From assembly GCA_040768745.1 (NCBI GenBank), contig JAXGMI010000001.1:1408001-1472000 (forward strand): DNA of 64,000 bases, read 5' to 3'. Every line of letters starts with the position of its first letter. Positions within the stretch are counted from its first letter, which is position 1. The DNA is from Desulfomicrobium sp. (GTDB lineage: Bacteria; Desulfobacterota; Desulfovibrionia; Desulfovibrionales; Desulfomicrobiaceae). Positions 37,245 to 48,296 of the stretch are shown here, one piece after another. A model generated the notes under the pieces. The model saw only the letters and a program-made list of their open reading frames with translations. It was not told the DNA's origin and made no database searches. The position numbers and the translations under genes are program-made.

Positions 37245-38372
37245 CTACTCCTTGGGACGCAGTCTGAGGTAGAGATCCGGGCCAAAGAAGCGTCGCTCCA
37301 TCAGGCGCAGTTCCCATGCCTCCTGCATGGAAGTGACGTCCCGCCCGGCAAAGGCCGAACGTCCCTCTTCGTCTCCGAGAATTTTCATGGCCTGGAACAG
37401 GCGCAATTCGTCAACCAACCCCTGGGCGAAAAACGATCCGGCCAGATGTCCGCCGCCCTCGATCAACGTGTACAGGCAACCCCGGTCCCGGCGCAGGATG
37501 CGGAGACCTTCCCCCAGATCCAGTCGGTCGGTCGTCCATCCCGAAAGGAGGGGAAGGCTCCAGACCGAGACGCCCAGGTCTGCAAGACGTGCGGCCCGGG
37601 TGGATCGGCTTTCGGCCTCAGTGGTCCAGAAGATGGTTTGTTCCGGTCGCTCGTTCAGCAGGACACACGTTTGCGGTGCTTCGGGCAGAAAGCGGGACAC
37701 GACGACGGCCAAGGGCTGGGGGCCGCTGTATCCGGCCAGCCGGCAGGTCAGCTGGGGGTTGTCCGCCCGTAAGGTTCCCCCCCCGATGATGACCGCCCCG
37801 CACCATGATCGGAGCCGGTGTACTTCGCGACGGGAGGCCTCCCCGCTGATCCAGGCCGAATGGCCATGGCTGGTGGCGATTTTCCCATCCAGGGTAGTGG
37901 CCAGCTTGAGGATAGAAAAGGGGCGTTCCGTGGTCTGCCAGATGAGGAAATCGGCAATGAGGTCCCTGCATGCCCCCTCTCGTACGCCTTGACGGACTCT
38001 CAAACCCTGGCTGCGCAGGAACGCCGCTCCTCCGCCGGCCACATTCGGGTTGGGATCCGGACAGCCGATGATCACCTCAGGCAGGCCCGCATCCAGGATG
38101 GCCCTGGTGCAGGGCGGCGTCCTGCCCTGGTGGTTGCAGGGCTCCAGGGTGACATAGAGGCTGCAATGGCGTGGGTCAACACCCTTGGCCCGGGCGTCGA
38201 GCAAGGCTGCGACCTCAGCGTGGGGTTGCCCGCATGCCGTGTGAAAACCCTGGGCCACGATGCGATTCTGGCTGACCAGGACTGCCCCGACACAGGGGTT
38301 TGGCGCGGTCCGTCCCCGCCCCTGTTCGGCCAATTTGATGGCCCGGACCATGAATCGGGCATCAACGGTCAT
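37245..38372 (-). CDS. ribD: Riboflavin biosynthesis deaminase/reductase
   Basis: [34 protein letters not shown]. Confidence 0.95.
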   Translation of the reverse strand: MTVDARFMVRAIKLAEQGRGRTAPNPCVGAVLVSQNRIVAQGFHTACGQPHAEVAALLDARAKGVDPRHCSLYVTLEPCNHQGRTPPCTRAILDAGLPEVIIGCPDPNPNVAGGGAAFLRSQGLRVRQGVREGACRDLIADFLIWQTTERPFSILKLATTLDGKIATSHGHSAWISGEASRREVHRLRSWCGAVIIGGGTLRADNPQLTCRLAGYSGPQPLAVVVSRFLPEAPQTCVLLNERPEQTIFWTTEAESRSTRAARLADLGVSVWSLPLLSGWTTDRLDLGEGLRILRRDRGCLYTLIEGGGHLAGSFFAQGLVDELRLFQAMKILGDEEGRSAFAGRDVTSMQEAWELRLMERRFFGPDLYLRLRPKE

Positions 38373-38826
38373 GGGGCCTTCTCTCCATACGTTGATAGGG
38401 GATCCCCGATTCATCCAGCATCTCCCTTGACATTTCGTCCGGATAGCCTTCGGCGAAGTGGATGGCCCTGACCCGGCAATTGATGAGCATCTTGGCGCAG
38501 AGGATGCAGGGCTGGGTGGTACAGAAGATGTCCGCACCTTCGATGCTGACCCCGTGTATGGCAGCCTGAATGATTACGTTCTGTTCGGCATGCAGGGCCC
38601 GGCAGAGCTCGTGGCGCTGCCCTGAGGGGATGCCGAGCTTTTCCCGCAGGCAGCCGATGTCCAGACAGTGGGTCAACCCGGCAGGTGCGCCGTTGTAGCC
38701 AGTGGCCAGAATGCGTTTGTCCTTCACAGCCAGGGCCCCGACCTTCCGCCGCAGACAGGTCGAGCGTTCGGCGACCAGGTAGGCGATGTTCATGAAATAG
38801 TCGGGCCAGGGAATGCGTTTGTCCAT
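38362..38826 (-). CDS. dCMP/cytidine deaminase-family protein
   Basis: [24 protein letters not shown]. Confidence 0.92.
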   Translation of the reverse strand: MDKRIPWPDYFMNIAYLVAERSTCLRRKVGALAVKDKRILATGYNGAPAGLTHCLDIGCLREKLGIPSGQRHELCRALHAEQNVIIQAAIHGVSIEGADIFCTTQPCILCAKMLINCRVRAIHFAEGYPDEMSREMLDESGIPYQRMERRPHDR

Positions 38827-38914
38827 GTACACCTCGTCCGCTCATGAAACGAAGCAACCACAGGACCCGTCGAAGAGCCCTGTGGTTGGTCAGAATCCAA
38901 GAAAGGCGCCTTGA

Positions 38915-40153
38915 TTACCAGGCAAAGAGCGGGAACTGGCCCGCGAATTTTTCCACTTCTTGCCGCACTTGGGTCAATCGGGACTCATTGTTCAGGTTCT
39001 GCAGCACGGCCACGATCCACTTGGCCACCTTGCGCATGTCGTCTGACTTCATGCCGCGTGTGGTCAGGGCAGGAGTACCCAGGCGGACGCCGGAGGTAAC
39101 GAACGGCGAGCGGGTCTCGAAAGGCACCGTGTTCTTGTTCACCGTGATGCCGGCTCTGTCCAAACCGATTTCCGCGTCCTTTCCGGTGATGTCCTGGGCG
39201 GTCAGGTCCATGAGCATGAGGTGGTTGTCGGTACCGCCGGAAACCAGGTTGTATCCGGCAGCGGTCAGGTCCTGGGCCAGGGTCGTGGCGTTCAGGAGAA
39301 CCTGCTGCTGGTAGTCCTTGAAGTCAGGCTTCAGCGCCTCGGCAAAGGCCACGGCCTTGGCCGCGATGACATGCATCAGCGGTCCGCCCTGGATGCCCGG
39401 AAAAATCTGGGAGTTCAACGTCTTGCCAAACTCCTCGGAGCTGAGGATCATGCCGCCACGCGGGCCGCGCAGGGTTTTGTGCGTGGTCGTGGTGGTGAAG
39501 TGCGCATGGGGAATGGGGGTGGGATGCAGGTCCGTGGCCACGAGGCCAGCGATATGGGCCATGTCCACCAGAAGCTTGGCCCCGACGTTGTCGGCAATGG
39601 TCCGGAAGCGGGCGAAGTCCAGAATACGGGGATATGCACTGGCGCCAGCGATGATCAGCTTGGGCCGGTGCTCCTGGGCCAGGGCTTCCACGTCGTCATA
39701 GTTGATCTGGCCGGTTTCCTTTTCCACTCCGTAGAAAGCCGTTTTGAAGAGGCGGCCGGAGAAGTTGACCGGGCTGCCGTGTGTCAAATGCCCGCCGTGG
39801 GAGAGATTCATGCCCAGGATGGTATCCCCGGGTTCGATGGCCGCAAAATAGGCTCCCATGTTGGCCTGGGATCCAGAATGGGGCTGGACGTTGGCGTACT
39901 CGGCCTTGAACAGTTGCCTGGCCCGCTCCATGGCCAGGTTCTCGGCCATGTCCACGTACTCGCAGCCCCCGTAGTATCGCTTGCCAGGATATCCTTCGGC
40001 GTATTTGTGGGTCATGATGCTGCCCATGGCGATACGCACTGCTGGTGAGGTGAAGTTCTCCGATGCGATGAGTTCCAACTTGGTGATCTGACGGTTTGTC
40101 TCCAGTTGGATTGCCTTGGCAATCTGCGGGTCCTGACGGGTCAGTTCGTCCAT
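38915..40153 (-). CDS. glyA: Serine hydroxymethyltransferase
   Basis: [33 protein letters not shown]. Confidence 0.98.
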   Translation of the reverse strand: MDELTRQDPQIAKAIQLETNRQITKLELIASENFTSPAVRIAMGSIMTHKYAEGYPGKRYYGGCEYVDMAENLAMERARQLFKAEYANVQPHSGSQANMGAYFAAIEPGDTILGMNLSHGGHLTHGSPVNFSGRLFKTAFYGVEKETGQINYDDVEALAQEHRPKLIIAGASAYPRILDFARFRTIADNVGAKLLVDMAHIAGLVATDLHPTPIPHAHFTTTTTHKTLRGPRGGMILSSEEFGKTLNSQIFPGIQGGPLMHVIAAKAVAFAEALKPDFKDYQQQVLLNATTLAQDLTAAGYNLVSGGTDNHLMLMDLTAQDITGKDAEIGLDRAGITVNKNTVPFETRSPFVTSGVRLGTPALTTRGMKSDDMRKVAKWIVAVLQNLNNESRLTQVRQEVEKFAGQFPLFAW

Positions 40154-40191
40154 TGCTCCTCCCTATGTTGGCCGCGGGCGCGGCGGATCGT

Positions 40192-41433
40192 TTATTTGAA
40201 GCGGCGCAGAATGATGGAGGCGTTGGTGCCGCCAAAACCAAATGAATTGCTGATGCCGTATTCGAGTTGCATGTTCCTGCTGGCGTTGGGCACATAGTCC
40301 AGGTCACAGTCTGGATCCGGAGTATCCAGGTTGATGGTGCCGGGAACGATACCGGTCATGAGGCTCATGGCCGTAAACACGGCTTCGGCCCCTCCGGCGG
40401 CACCCAGCAGGTGGCCGATCATGCTCTTGTTGGCGGTGATGGGCATCTTGTAGGCATGATCGCCGAACACGGCCTTGAGTGCCTTGGTCTCGGTCTTGTC
40501 GTTCAGCTTGGTCGATGTTGCGTGGGCGTTGACAAAGCTTATCTGCTCCGGTCTGAGTGCGGCGTCGCGCAGGGCGCAGCGCATGGCCTGGGCCATGCCG
40601 GTCCCTGATTCTTCTGGTGCGGCGATGTGATATGCATCGCCCGAAGCCCCGTAACCCACCACTTCGGCGTAGATTCTGGCCCCTCTGGATTTGGCGTATT
40701 CGAGCTCCTCAAGCATCAGAAGCCCGGCCCCTTCACCGATGACGAATCCAGTCCGGTCGGCGTCAAAAGGACGGCTGGCCTTGTCCGGTTCGTCGTTTCT
40801 GGTGGACAGGGCCTTCATGGCGTTGAACCCCGATACGCCCATGGGTGTGATGGTCGACTCGACTCCCCCGGTGATGCAGGCCCTGACCCGGCCGAGTTTG
40901 ATGTCGGAGAAGGCATACCCGATGGCGTGGGTGGCCGAGGCACAGGCTGAGGTGGTTACCAGATTGGGCCCCTTCGCCCCGGTCTGGATGGAAATCTGTC
41001 CGGCGGCCATATTGGCGATGAGCATGGGGATGAAGAAGGGCGAAACGCGCCTGGGGCCGGCCTGCAGGAGCTTGGAATGAAATTCCTCGATGGTGGATAA
41101 ACCGCCCAGGCCGCATCCCAGCAGTACGCCGGTTTCCGGTGCGCTCTCTTCGTCCAGTACGAGGCCGCAATCGGCCATGAGCTGTTTGCCAGCGGCAACG
41201 GCAATCTGCACAAAGCGATCCATGCGCTTGGCGTCCTTGACCCCCATGTAGGAAGTGGGATCGAAATTCTTCAGTTCGCCGGCGATCCTGGTTTCGAATT
41301 CCGAGGAGTCAAACAAGGTGATGGGGCCGATGCCACTGACGCCAGCCACGAGGTTGGCCCAGCTTTCATGCAGGGTATTGCCGATGGGGGTCAGGGCCGA
41401 GAGGCCGGTGACGACGACGCGTTTTCCAATCAT
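40192..41433 (-). CDS. fabF: Beta-ketoacyl-ACP synthase II
   Basis: TSACASA, NAHATST, GHLLGAAG, SNSFGFGG. Confidence 0.96.
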   Translation of the reverse strand: MIGKRVVVTGLSALTPIGNTLHESWANLVAGVSGIGPITLFDSSEFETRIAGELKNFDPTSYMGVKDAKRMDRFVQIAVAAGKQLMADCGLVLDEESAPETGVLLGCGLGGLSTIEEFHSKLLQAGPRRVSPFFIPMLIANMAAGQISIQTGAKGPNLVTTSACASATHAIGYAFSDIKLGRVRACITGGVESTITPMGVSGFNAMKALSTRNDEPDKASRPFDADRTGFVIGEGAGLLMLEELEYAKSRGARIYAEVVGYGASGDAYHIAAPEESGTGMAQAMRCALRDAALRPEQISFVNAHATSTKLNDKTETKALKAVFGDHAYKMPITANKSMIGHLLGAAGGAEAVFTAMSLMTGIVPGTINLDTPDPDCDLDYVPNASRNMQLEYGISNSFGFGGTNASIILRRFK

Positions 41434-41544
41434 GTTCTTCTCGAAAAATGACAATGCCTGCCGCGTGGGTCCGGCAAGCTGTGCATGAAAAAAAAGGTAC
41501 CCCAGCCAGACCGGGGTACCGTGTCACGGCAAATAGGGAAAATC

Positions 41545-41775
41545 CTAGGATTTGGACTTGATGTAGTTGATGGCATCCTGGACCGTGGCGATTTTCTGGG
41601 CGCCTTCGTCATCGATTTCGATATCGAATTCTTCTTCCATGGCCATGATCAGCTCGGTCAGATCCAGGGAATCGGCGCCCAGGGACTCCACGAAGGAGGA
41701 TTCGGGCTTGACCTCTTCGGGGGAGACACCCAGCTGTTCCACTACCAGTTCCTTGACCTTTTCTTCAATAGACAT
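41545..41775 (-). CDS. acpP: Acyl carrier protein
   Basis: LGADSLD. Confidence 0.97.
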   Translation of the reverse strand: MSIEEKVKELVVEQLGVSPEEVKPESSFVESLGADSLDLTELIMAMEEEFDIEIDDEGAQKIATVQDAINYIKSKS

Positions 41776-41818
41776 TGTTTTCCTCCAGAGTGTGTATGCG
41801 TATGAGCTTGGAATCCGG

Positions 41819-42562
41819 CTACAGATATATGCCGCCGTTGATTCCGAGTACCTGGCCGGTGACGTAGTCCGCCTGGTCAGATGCGAGATATGCCACGGCG
41901 TCGGCGATGGCTTGCGCCGAGCCGAGGCGGCCCAGGGGGATTCGCTCCAGATACTTGGCGCGGACCTCCTCGGGCAAGGTTTCCGTCATGTCGGTTTCGA
42001 TGAAGCCAGGCGCAATGGCGTTTACGGTGATGCCACGCGACCCGAGTTCCAAGGCTGCCGCCTTGGTCAGTCCGATGAGGCCGGCTTTGGAGGCGCAGTA
42101 GTTGGCCTGGCCTGCGTTGCCCATCTGCCCCACAACGGACGAAATATTGACGATGCGGCCCCGACGCTGCTTGACCATGATTTTCGCGGCCTGTTGCAGG
42201 CAGACAAACGCCCCCGTCAGGTTGACGGTCAGGACCTGTTCCCAGTGCTCGCGTTTCATGCGGACCAGCAGACCGTCCTTGGTGATGCCGGCGTTGTTGA
42301 CCAGGAGGTCCAGACTGACCTTGTCCTTGATGTGGTCAGAAAAAAACTGGGCCACCGCATCCCAGTCGCTGGCGTCAAGCAGAAAGCCGCAGGCTGTGCC
42401 CCCTTCGGCTGCAACCAGGGAACGGACCTCTTCAGCCAGTTCCGGGCGGCTGACAAACGTGAAATAGACCTGGTACCCCAGGCCTGCAAGTTTTTTTACG
42501 ATCTCCCTGCCGATCCCTCTTGTGCCCCCGGTCACCAGGGCGGTCTTGGTCAGTCCGGTCAT
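41819..42562 (-). CDS. fabG: 3-oxoacyl-ACP reductase
   Basis: [19 protein letters not shown]. Confidence 0.95.
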   Translation of the reverse strand: MTGLTKTALVTGGTRGIGREIVKKLAGLGYQVYFTFVSRPELAEEVRSLVAAEGGTACGFLLDASDWDAVAQFFSDHIKDKVSLDLLVNNAGITKDGLLVRMKREHWEQVLTVNLTGAFVCLQQAAKIMVKQRRGRIVNISSVVGQMGNAGQANYCASKAGLIGLTKAAALELGSRGITVNAIAPGFIETDMTETLPEEVRAKYLERIPLGRLGSAQAIADAVAYLASDQADYVTGQVLGINGGIYL

Positions 42563-42617
42563 GTCCACCTCGTGGCTATGGTCAACGTGAGCGAGTTGAG
42601 TGGTTACGCAATCGTCC

Positions 42618-43607
42618 CTAAAATTGCAACAACGCTGAGGCCCAGGTGAATCCACCGCCAAAAGCGCTCAGCAGGACCTTCATGCCCGATCTGATGCGCC
42701 CGTTGGCTACGGCCTCGGCCAGGGCAATGGGGATGGACGCGGCCGAGGTGTTTCCGATCCTGTCGACGTTGACGTAGACATTGTCCATGCTCACGCCGAG
42801 TTTTTTGGAGATGGCCTCAATAATGCGGATATTCGCCTGATGGGGGATGATGAGGTCGATGTCATCGGTGCGCAGCCCGTTGCGTTGCAGCAGGGATTCG
42901 GAAATTTCGGCCATGCAGCGGACTGCATGCTTGAATACGTCCCGACCGTTCATCTGTACGAAATATTCAGGGCCGATGGTCCCACCCAGCACAGGCCTGC
43001 AGGCGGAGCCCCCCCCGTGAATGGTCAGGAGGTTGCCAACTGAGCCGTCGGCCTTGAGCATGACATCCAGGACCCGGACCGGCCCTGGATGGGCAGCGCC
43101 TGTGACCACCGCGGCTCCAGCCCCGTCTCCGAAGAGAACGCAGGTGGATCGGTCTTCGAAATTGACACGGGAGGTGACAACCTCGCTGCCGATGACCAAA
43201 ATTCTGGCCTGAGGGTGGAGGAAGGTCAGCGCGCGGGCGGTCTCCAGGGCATATATGAATCCTGAGCAGGCGGCGGCCAGGTCAAAGGAAGGTATGCCCT
43301 TGAGGCCAAGCATGTCCTGCACCAGGCACGACGTGGAGGGGATGTTGTAATCTCCGGAACACGTGCCGACAATGATGTGCGTCAGGTCGCCGGGGCTGAC
43401 TCCGGCGTTGGCCAAGGCCTTGCAGGCTGCTTGGTGGGCCAGGACCGAACACGGTTCGTCAGGCTGGGAAAAATATCTGGAGGTGATTCCGGTACGGGTT
43501 CGGATCCATTCGTCGGTGGTGTCGACGAAGCGTTCCAACTCCGTGTTCGGTACGGCTGTCCGGGGCAGGTGCAGCCCCAGGCCGGCGATGGAACAAGGTG
43601 ATGACAT
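42618..43607 (-). CDS. fabH: Beta-ketoacyl-ACP synthase III
   Basis: AACSGF, LFGDGAGA, HQAN, GNTSAAS. Confidence 0.96.
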   Translation of the reverse strand: MSSPCSIAGLGLHLPRTAVPNTELERFVDTTDEWIRTRTGITSRYFSQPDEPCSVLAHQAACKALANAGVSPGDLTHIIVGTCSGDYNIPSTSCLVQDMLGLKGIPSFDLAAACSGFIYALETARALTFLHPQARILVIGSEVVTSRVNFEDRSTCVLFGDGAGAAVVTGAAHPGPVRVLDVMLKADGSVGNLLTIHGGGSACRPVLGGTIGPEYFVQMNGRDVFKHAVRCMAEISESLLQRNGLRTDDIDLIIPHQANIRIIEAISKKLGVSMDNVYVNVDRIGNTSAASIPIALAEAVANGRIRSGMKVLLSAFGGGFTWASALLQF

Positions 43608-43650
43608 GGAAGGGTTCCCCGTTGTGCCGCGATGGAGGAGGAAATCGGGG

Positions 43651-44718
43651 CTAGAGCCCCGAAGCTTCACGCCGCATGACGGAAGACTGGCCGCTGCGGG
43701 AAAAAAGGCTCAATTCGGTATTGGCATGCAGACCTTGGACAATCTGGTCATTGGCCTTTTTCCGCACGAAGAGGGCTGCCTGCTGCAAGGCGGTGGTGAT
43801 GGCACGGGCATTGGACGAGCCATGGCAGACAATAGCGATGCCGTTCAGGCCGAGAATGGGCGCTCCACCATATTCGGCGTAGTCGATTTTCTTGGTGAAA
43901 CGCTTGAATGCGGGCAGCGCGATCAAAGTCCCGAGTTTGGACCAGATGGACCTCTTGAGCTCTGTCTTGAGCATGGTCGTCAGGGCCGATCCCAGGCCTT
44001 CACTGAGCTTGAGTGCGACATTGCCGACAAATCCGTCACAGACGATGACGTCGGTTTCCCCGGTGAAAACATCACGTCCCTCGACGTTGCCGATGAAGTT
44101 CAGGGACGAGCTTTTGAGAAGGCTGTAGGCTTCCTTGGTCAGGGCGTTACCCTTCCCTTCTTCCTCGCCGATACTGAGGATGCCGACCTTGGGACTAGCG
44201 ATGCCCAAAACGTGGCGCGCCAGCACCTCGGCCATCAGACCGAATTGAACGAGGTTATATGGCTTGCAGTCGGCATTGGCCCCCACGTCGATGAGGACAA
44301 TGGGCTTTTTCAGAGTGGGCATGATGGAAGCCAAGGCCGGCCGGTCCACGCCATTGATGCGGCCAAGGATGAACATGCCGCAGGCCAGGGCCGCGCCAGA
44401 GTTCCCGGCTGTGACAACCCCTTGCGCGCGGCCTTCGCGCACCAATCGGAAGGCGACCTGAATGGAGCTGTCCTTCTTGCGACGCAGAATATCAGAAGGC
44501 CTTTCGGCCATGCCCGCGACCTGCGTCGTGTGCACGACTTCAACCTCCAGGTCGTTGTGGGCGTGCCTGCCCAGTTCCTGGTTGATGGATGCTTCATCAC
44601 CCACCAGGATGATCTTGGCTCCAGTCTCGCGGGCAGCAGCCAGGGAGCCCGGAACATTGATTTCCGGGCCATAGTCTCCCCCCATGGCGTCCACGGCGAG
44701 GCTGAGATCTTTAGGCAT
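43651..44718 (-). CDS. plsX: Phosphate acyltransferase
   Basis: AVDAMGGD, DGFVGNVALK, YGGAPILG. Confidence 0.96.
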   Translation of the reverse strand: MPKDLSLAVDAMGGDYGPEINVPGSLAAARETGAKIILVGDEASINQELGRHAHNDLEVEVVHTTQVAGMAERPSDILRRKKDSSIQVAFRLVREGRAQGVVTAGNSGAALACGMFILGRINGVDRPALASIMPTLKKPIVLIDVGANADCKPYNLVQFGLMAEVLARHVLGIASPKVGILSIGEEEGKGNALTKEAYSLLKSSSLNFIGNVEGRDVFTGETDVIVCDGFVGNVALKLSEGLGSALTTMLKTELKRSIWSKLGTLIALPAFKRFTKKIDYAEYGGAPILGLNGIAIVCHGSSNARAITTALQQAALFVRKKANDQIVQGLHANTELSLFSRSGQSSVMRREASGL

Positions 44719-44890
44719 CAACTGCCTTGGCGTACTGGCGACCCTTGTACTTGCCGCATCCCGGACAGATGCAGTGGGACAGGCTTGCCTCACCGCATTC
44801 ACAGTACACAACATTGGGGATGGCGACATGGTCGTGGGAACGGCGCATGTTTCTTCTGGATTTGGATGTTTTCTTTTTGGGTAATGGCAT
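44711..44890 (-). CDS. rpmF: 50S ribosomal protein L32
   Basis: MPLPKKKTSKSRRNMRRSH, Zn ribbon. Confidence 0.95.
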   Translation of the reverse strand: MPLPKKKTSKSRRNMRRSHDHVAIPNVVYCECGEASLSHCICPGCGKYKGRQYAKAVDA

Positions 44891-44915
44891 GGTGTCACCT
44901 CTATCGCATCTAGGT

Positions 44916-45446
44916 CTAATGATTTTTAATTTTAACGCCTTGGAGCGCTCTGGCCAAGGGGGATTGGGTGTCCAGGTTGCTGCAGACGCATTGTTCCAGA
45001 TTCCTGTTTTTTCCGCATTGCGGACATAGCCCCAAACATGAGTCGGAGCAAAGAATTTTTTCAGGCATGGCCAGGAGGAATTCCTCCCACAACAGGGCGG
45101 TTGCATTCAGCTCCCAGCCCGTATCAGTGGCCCGAAGATGATTTTCCTCGCCTTCGAGGGCCTCCGTGTCTTCATACGCTTCGAAGGTTTCAAAATGGTG
45201 ATCCAGGCCTACCTTGGCGACTTCGGAGCAGCGGTGGCAGATGGTTCCCACGGTGCCGGTCAGACGTCCCTGAATCAGGTATCCTTCCGGCTGGGGGATG
45301 ACGGACAAGGTGGCCTGCAGGGGGGCAAGAATTTCCGCGTCATATTGGAACTCCCGCCACAGCATGCGCCACATATCCTGATCATCAAAAGAAAATTCCC
45401 GACCATGAGTCGGGATATTCGTCAACCCAATCCAGCACTCAACCAT
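44916..45446 (-). CDS. YceD/DUF177 family protein
   Basis: CHRC...LCSDSCLGLCPQCG; upstream of rpmF. Confidence 0.9.
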   Translation of the reverse strand: MVECWIGLTNIPTHGREFSFDDQDMWRMLWREFQYDAEILAPLQATLSVIPQPEGYLIQGRLTGTVGTICHRCSEVAKVGLDHHFETFEAYEDTEALEGEENHLRATDTGWELNATALLWEEFLLAMPEKILCSDSCLGLCPQCGKNRNLEQCVCSNLDTQSPLARALQGVKIKNH

Positions 45447-45638
45447 TTTCCACCTCGAGTCGGGACGTGTATAGTTGTCCTCTTTTTCCTGTCAAGGATT
45501 TTTACTTGCCATTCCCCGCGCCGGAAGATATGAACCCAAATTCCTCTGGCGGCAAACCACGATCATGGCCGGCAGGAAGGTCTCGGAGCTGCCAGGCCAT
45601 GACAGCTGAGATATTTTAGCACTACTTAGGAGGACATT

Positions 45639-45839
45639 ATGTCGAAGGTATGCGATATTTGCGGGAAGAGCCCCCAGGTTGGCAACAATGTCAGCCACGC
45701 CAACAACAAGACAAAACGGCGCTTCATGCCCAATCTGCAGTCCGTGCGCGCTCAGCTGCAGAGCGGAGAAGTGAAACGGATCAAGGTGTGCACCCAGTGC
45801 ATCCGTTCAGGAGCCGTGACAAAGCCGGTGGCGAATTAG
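45639..45839 (+). CDS. rpmB: 50S ribosomal protein L28
   Basis: [25 protein letters not shown]. Confidence 0.97.
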   Translation: MSKVCDICGKSPQVGNNVSHANNKTKRRFMPNLQSVRAQLQSGEVKRIKVCTQCIRSGAVTKPVAN

Positions 45840-45880
45840 TCTTTCCTATCATGTTGACAAAAAAGGCGACTTGGTCGCCT

Positions 45881-47496
45881 CAGACCACTGACAAACCCTC
45901 GTCACACTGTCCGGCGAGGGTTTGTTTTTTCTGACGATGTGTATTTTTCCTGAAATCGTTCAGGAGGCCCTTCTGGGATCAAATTGGGGCGTATTGGCGC
46001 TTCTGTTGTTGGAATATCCCGTAAATAAAGGACAGAATCATCCCGGCCATGGCGCCCGCCGGGCTTGCTGGCCTGCGGAGTCCCAACCTGGACAAGTGCA
46101 GCGCGATTTTCTTCATGTTGAACGCGGCCGCACACAGCAGGCACTGCTCCAAGACCTTCGAGAGACCACGCATCCGGGCGTAACGATGCCCATGCAGTTC
46201 CTTGCAGTCGGCAAAGCTGCGTTCAACCGTTTCCTTGCGTCGGGCATAGATGGCCTTGCCACGCTCCGTCAGCCGGTTGGAGTCGATGCGTTCCCGACTA
46301 TCTTCCCATACGTGGCGCGCTATGACCCGTCGGCATATCTTGCTGGTCGTGCATCTCTCAAGAAGCTGACATGCTTTGCAAATCTTGGGATCCGAGGCGT
46401 ATTCCCGGTAACCCGCCCGGTTGGTGGTTCGGTAACTCAAAAGGCAGTTTGCAGGGCAGACGTAGCAATCCACTGAGTCGTCGTAGAAAAAATCCTTGCG
46501 TCTGAAGCGGCCCGTGTTTTTTCCAAAACGACGGTAGCCAACCACTCCAAAAATCCCTCTCTCCTCAAGCCCTTTGCAGATTCCTGTCGTCGCGTAGCCA
46601 GCATCCAGTCCAACCGCCTCCACTTCAAAACCAAATCGTTCGCGCTGTCGATCAAGACGATCAAGATACGGTATCGAGTCATGCACATTGCCTGGCGTCA
46701 CGTACGTATCCGTGATCAGGCCATGAAGACCGTCCACCGAGCGGTGATCCAGAAAGAAGAACCCCTTGGGCTTGCCGTCCCGGTGCATGTAGCCAGACTC
46801 CGGGTCCGTCGTGCTCTGCTTGACCGTCTTGGTTTCGGGTTCCGGATCGTTCTCTTTCAACGCCTTCTTGCCGTGGTCGGCCCGGTCCTGGGCAACGTCC
46901 CGCTCCAGATCATCGATGTAATCCCGCGTGCTCTTGGCAACCTCGGCTTCGACAAACTTGTTCTTGTTGGCGTTGGCCTTGAGGTGGGTCGAATCCGTGT
47001 ACAGGGTACGACCGTCGATCATCTTGCGGCGGATGGCCTGAACCACGATCTCGTCGAAAATCTCCTGGTAGACCGTGCTCTGGTTGAAGCGACGGCGGCG
47101 GTTCTGGCTGATGGTCGAGGCGTCGGGAATCTTGTCTTCCAGGCTGAAGCCCAAAAACCAGCGGTAGGCGACATTGACCTTGATCTCCTCAATCAGCCGC
47201 CGCTCACTGCGGATGCCGAACAGATACCCCAGAAAGAGCATCTTGAAGAGCACTGTCGGATCAAGAGCCGGCCGGCCGTTGTCCGGACAGTACAGGTCTT
47301 TGACCTTGTCGTGGATGAAACGGAAATCGATGAACTTGGTGATCTTACGAAGAAGATGATCTTTGGGAACCAAGCGCTCGATGCAGACGAATTCGTACTT
47401 CAGTTGTTTGGGTCCTGTGCTGCGTAACATGTAAGCTTTCATAACAAAACCCCCGTCATTTGACGAGGGTTTTGAGGTGACTTTGTCAGCAGTCTG
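45881..47496 (-). mobile_element. IS1182-family insertion sequence
   Basis: Imperfect 15-bp IR, CAGACCACTGACAAA / CAGACTGCTGACAAA; 17-bp flanking duplication AGGCGACTTGGTCGCCT at 45864-45880 and 47497-47513. Confidence 0.92.
45979..47442 (-). CDS. IS1182-family transposase
   Basis: LVPKDHLLR, GRPALDP, DSTHLKANAN, STTDPESG, LDAGY, VERSFADCK. Confidence 0.95.
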   Translation of the reverse strand: MKAYMLRSTGPKQLKYEFVCIERLVPKDHLLRKITKFIDFRFIHDKVKDLYCPDNGRPALDPTVLFKMLFLGYLFGIRSERRLIEEIKVNVAYRWFLGFSLEDKIPDASTISQNRRRRFNQSTVYQEIFDEIVVQAIRRKMIDGRTLYTDSTHLKANANKNKFVEAEVAKSTRDYIDDLERDVAQDRADHGKKALKENDPEPETKTVKQSTTDPESGYMHRDGKPKGFFFLDHRSVDGLHGLITDTYVTPGNVHDSIPYLDRLDRQRERFGFEVEAVGLDAGYATTGICKGLEERGIFGVVGYRRFGKNTGRFRRKDFFYDDSVDCYVCPANCLLSYRTTNRAGYREYASDPKICKACQLLERCTTSKICRRVIARHVWEDSRERIDSNRLTERGKAIYARRKETVERSFADCKELHGHRYARMRGLSKVLEQCLLCAAAFNMKKIALHLSRLGLRRPASPAGAMAGMILSFIYGIFQQQKRQYAPI

Positions 47497-47530
47497 AGGC
47501 GACTTGGTCGCCTTTTTTGTTGCATCCTGT

Positions 47531-48127
47531 CTATTTTTTCAGTTGCTGGTTGACGAAATCCCAGTTGACGAGCTTGTCCAGGAAGTCTTGCAGGTAGTCC
47601 GCCCTCCGGTTCTGATAGTCCAGATAATAGGCGTGTTCCCATACGTCGGCCGTGAGCAGGGCCTTGGCCCCGTGGGCCATGGGCGTATCCGCGTTAGGCG
47701 TTTTCATGATTTCGAGCTTGCCCCCTTTTTCCACCAGCCAGGCCCAGCCGCTGCCAAACTGGGTCATACCGGCCTCCTTGAACGCCTTGGCAAAATTATC
47801 GTAGCCGCCGAAGGTCTGTGCGATGCCTTCGGCGATAGGGCCGGTGGGTGCCCCTCCTCCGCCTGGCTTCATGCACTGCCAGTAAAAGGAATGGTTCCAG
47901 CTCTGGGCCGCGTTGTTGAAGACGCCGATCCGGCTCGGATCGCCAGCCGTGGCCAGGATGATTTCCCGCAAGGTCTTGCCGTCGAGATCTGTGCCAGCGA
48001 TGAGCTTGTTGGTGTTGTCGATGTACAGCTGATGGTGCTTTCCATGATGAAAGTCGAAGGTTTTGGCGCTGATGCACGGGCTCAAGCTGTCCTTGGCATA
48101 GGGAAGATCCGGGAGAACAAAGATCAT
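47531..48127 (-). CDS. sodB: Fe/Mn superoxide dismutase (Fe-type signature)
   Basis: HHGKHH, FNNAAQSWNH, FGSGWAW, DVWEHAYY. Confidence 0.95.
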   Translation of the reverse strand: MIFVLPDLPYAKDSLSPCISAKTFDFHHGKHHQLYIDNTNKLIAGTDLDGKTLREIILATAGDPSRIGVFNNAAQSWNHSFYWQCMKPGGGGAPTGPIAEGIAQTFGGYDNFAKAFKEAGMTQFGSGWAWLVEKGGKLEIMKTPNADTPMAHGAKALLTADVWEHAYYLDYQNRRADYLQDFLDKLVNWDFVNQQLKK

Positions 48128-48296
48128 ACAAGCCTCCTGTGGTGATGAATGGAAGGTGATGCCGGCTGTTCTTTGGAACTGCTGCCCGTCAGACGGGCAT
48201 CGGCAACCCAGTGGGAAAGTCGGATTCAAAGTGAATCAATGCCCGTGCTCTGTCAACAGGGGGATCGGAAAAAGCTCTTCCTGATTGCCAGAGGCC

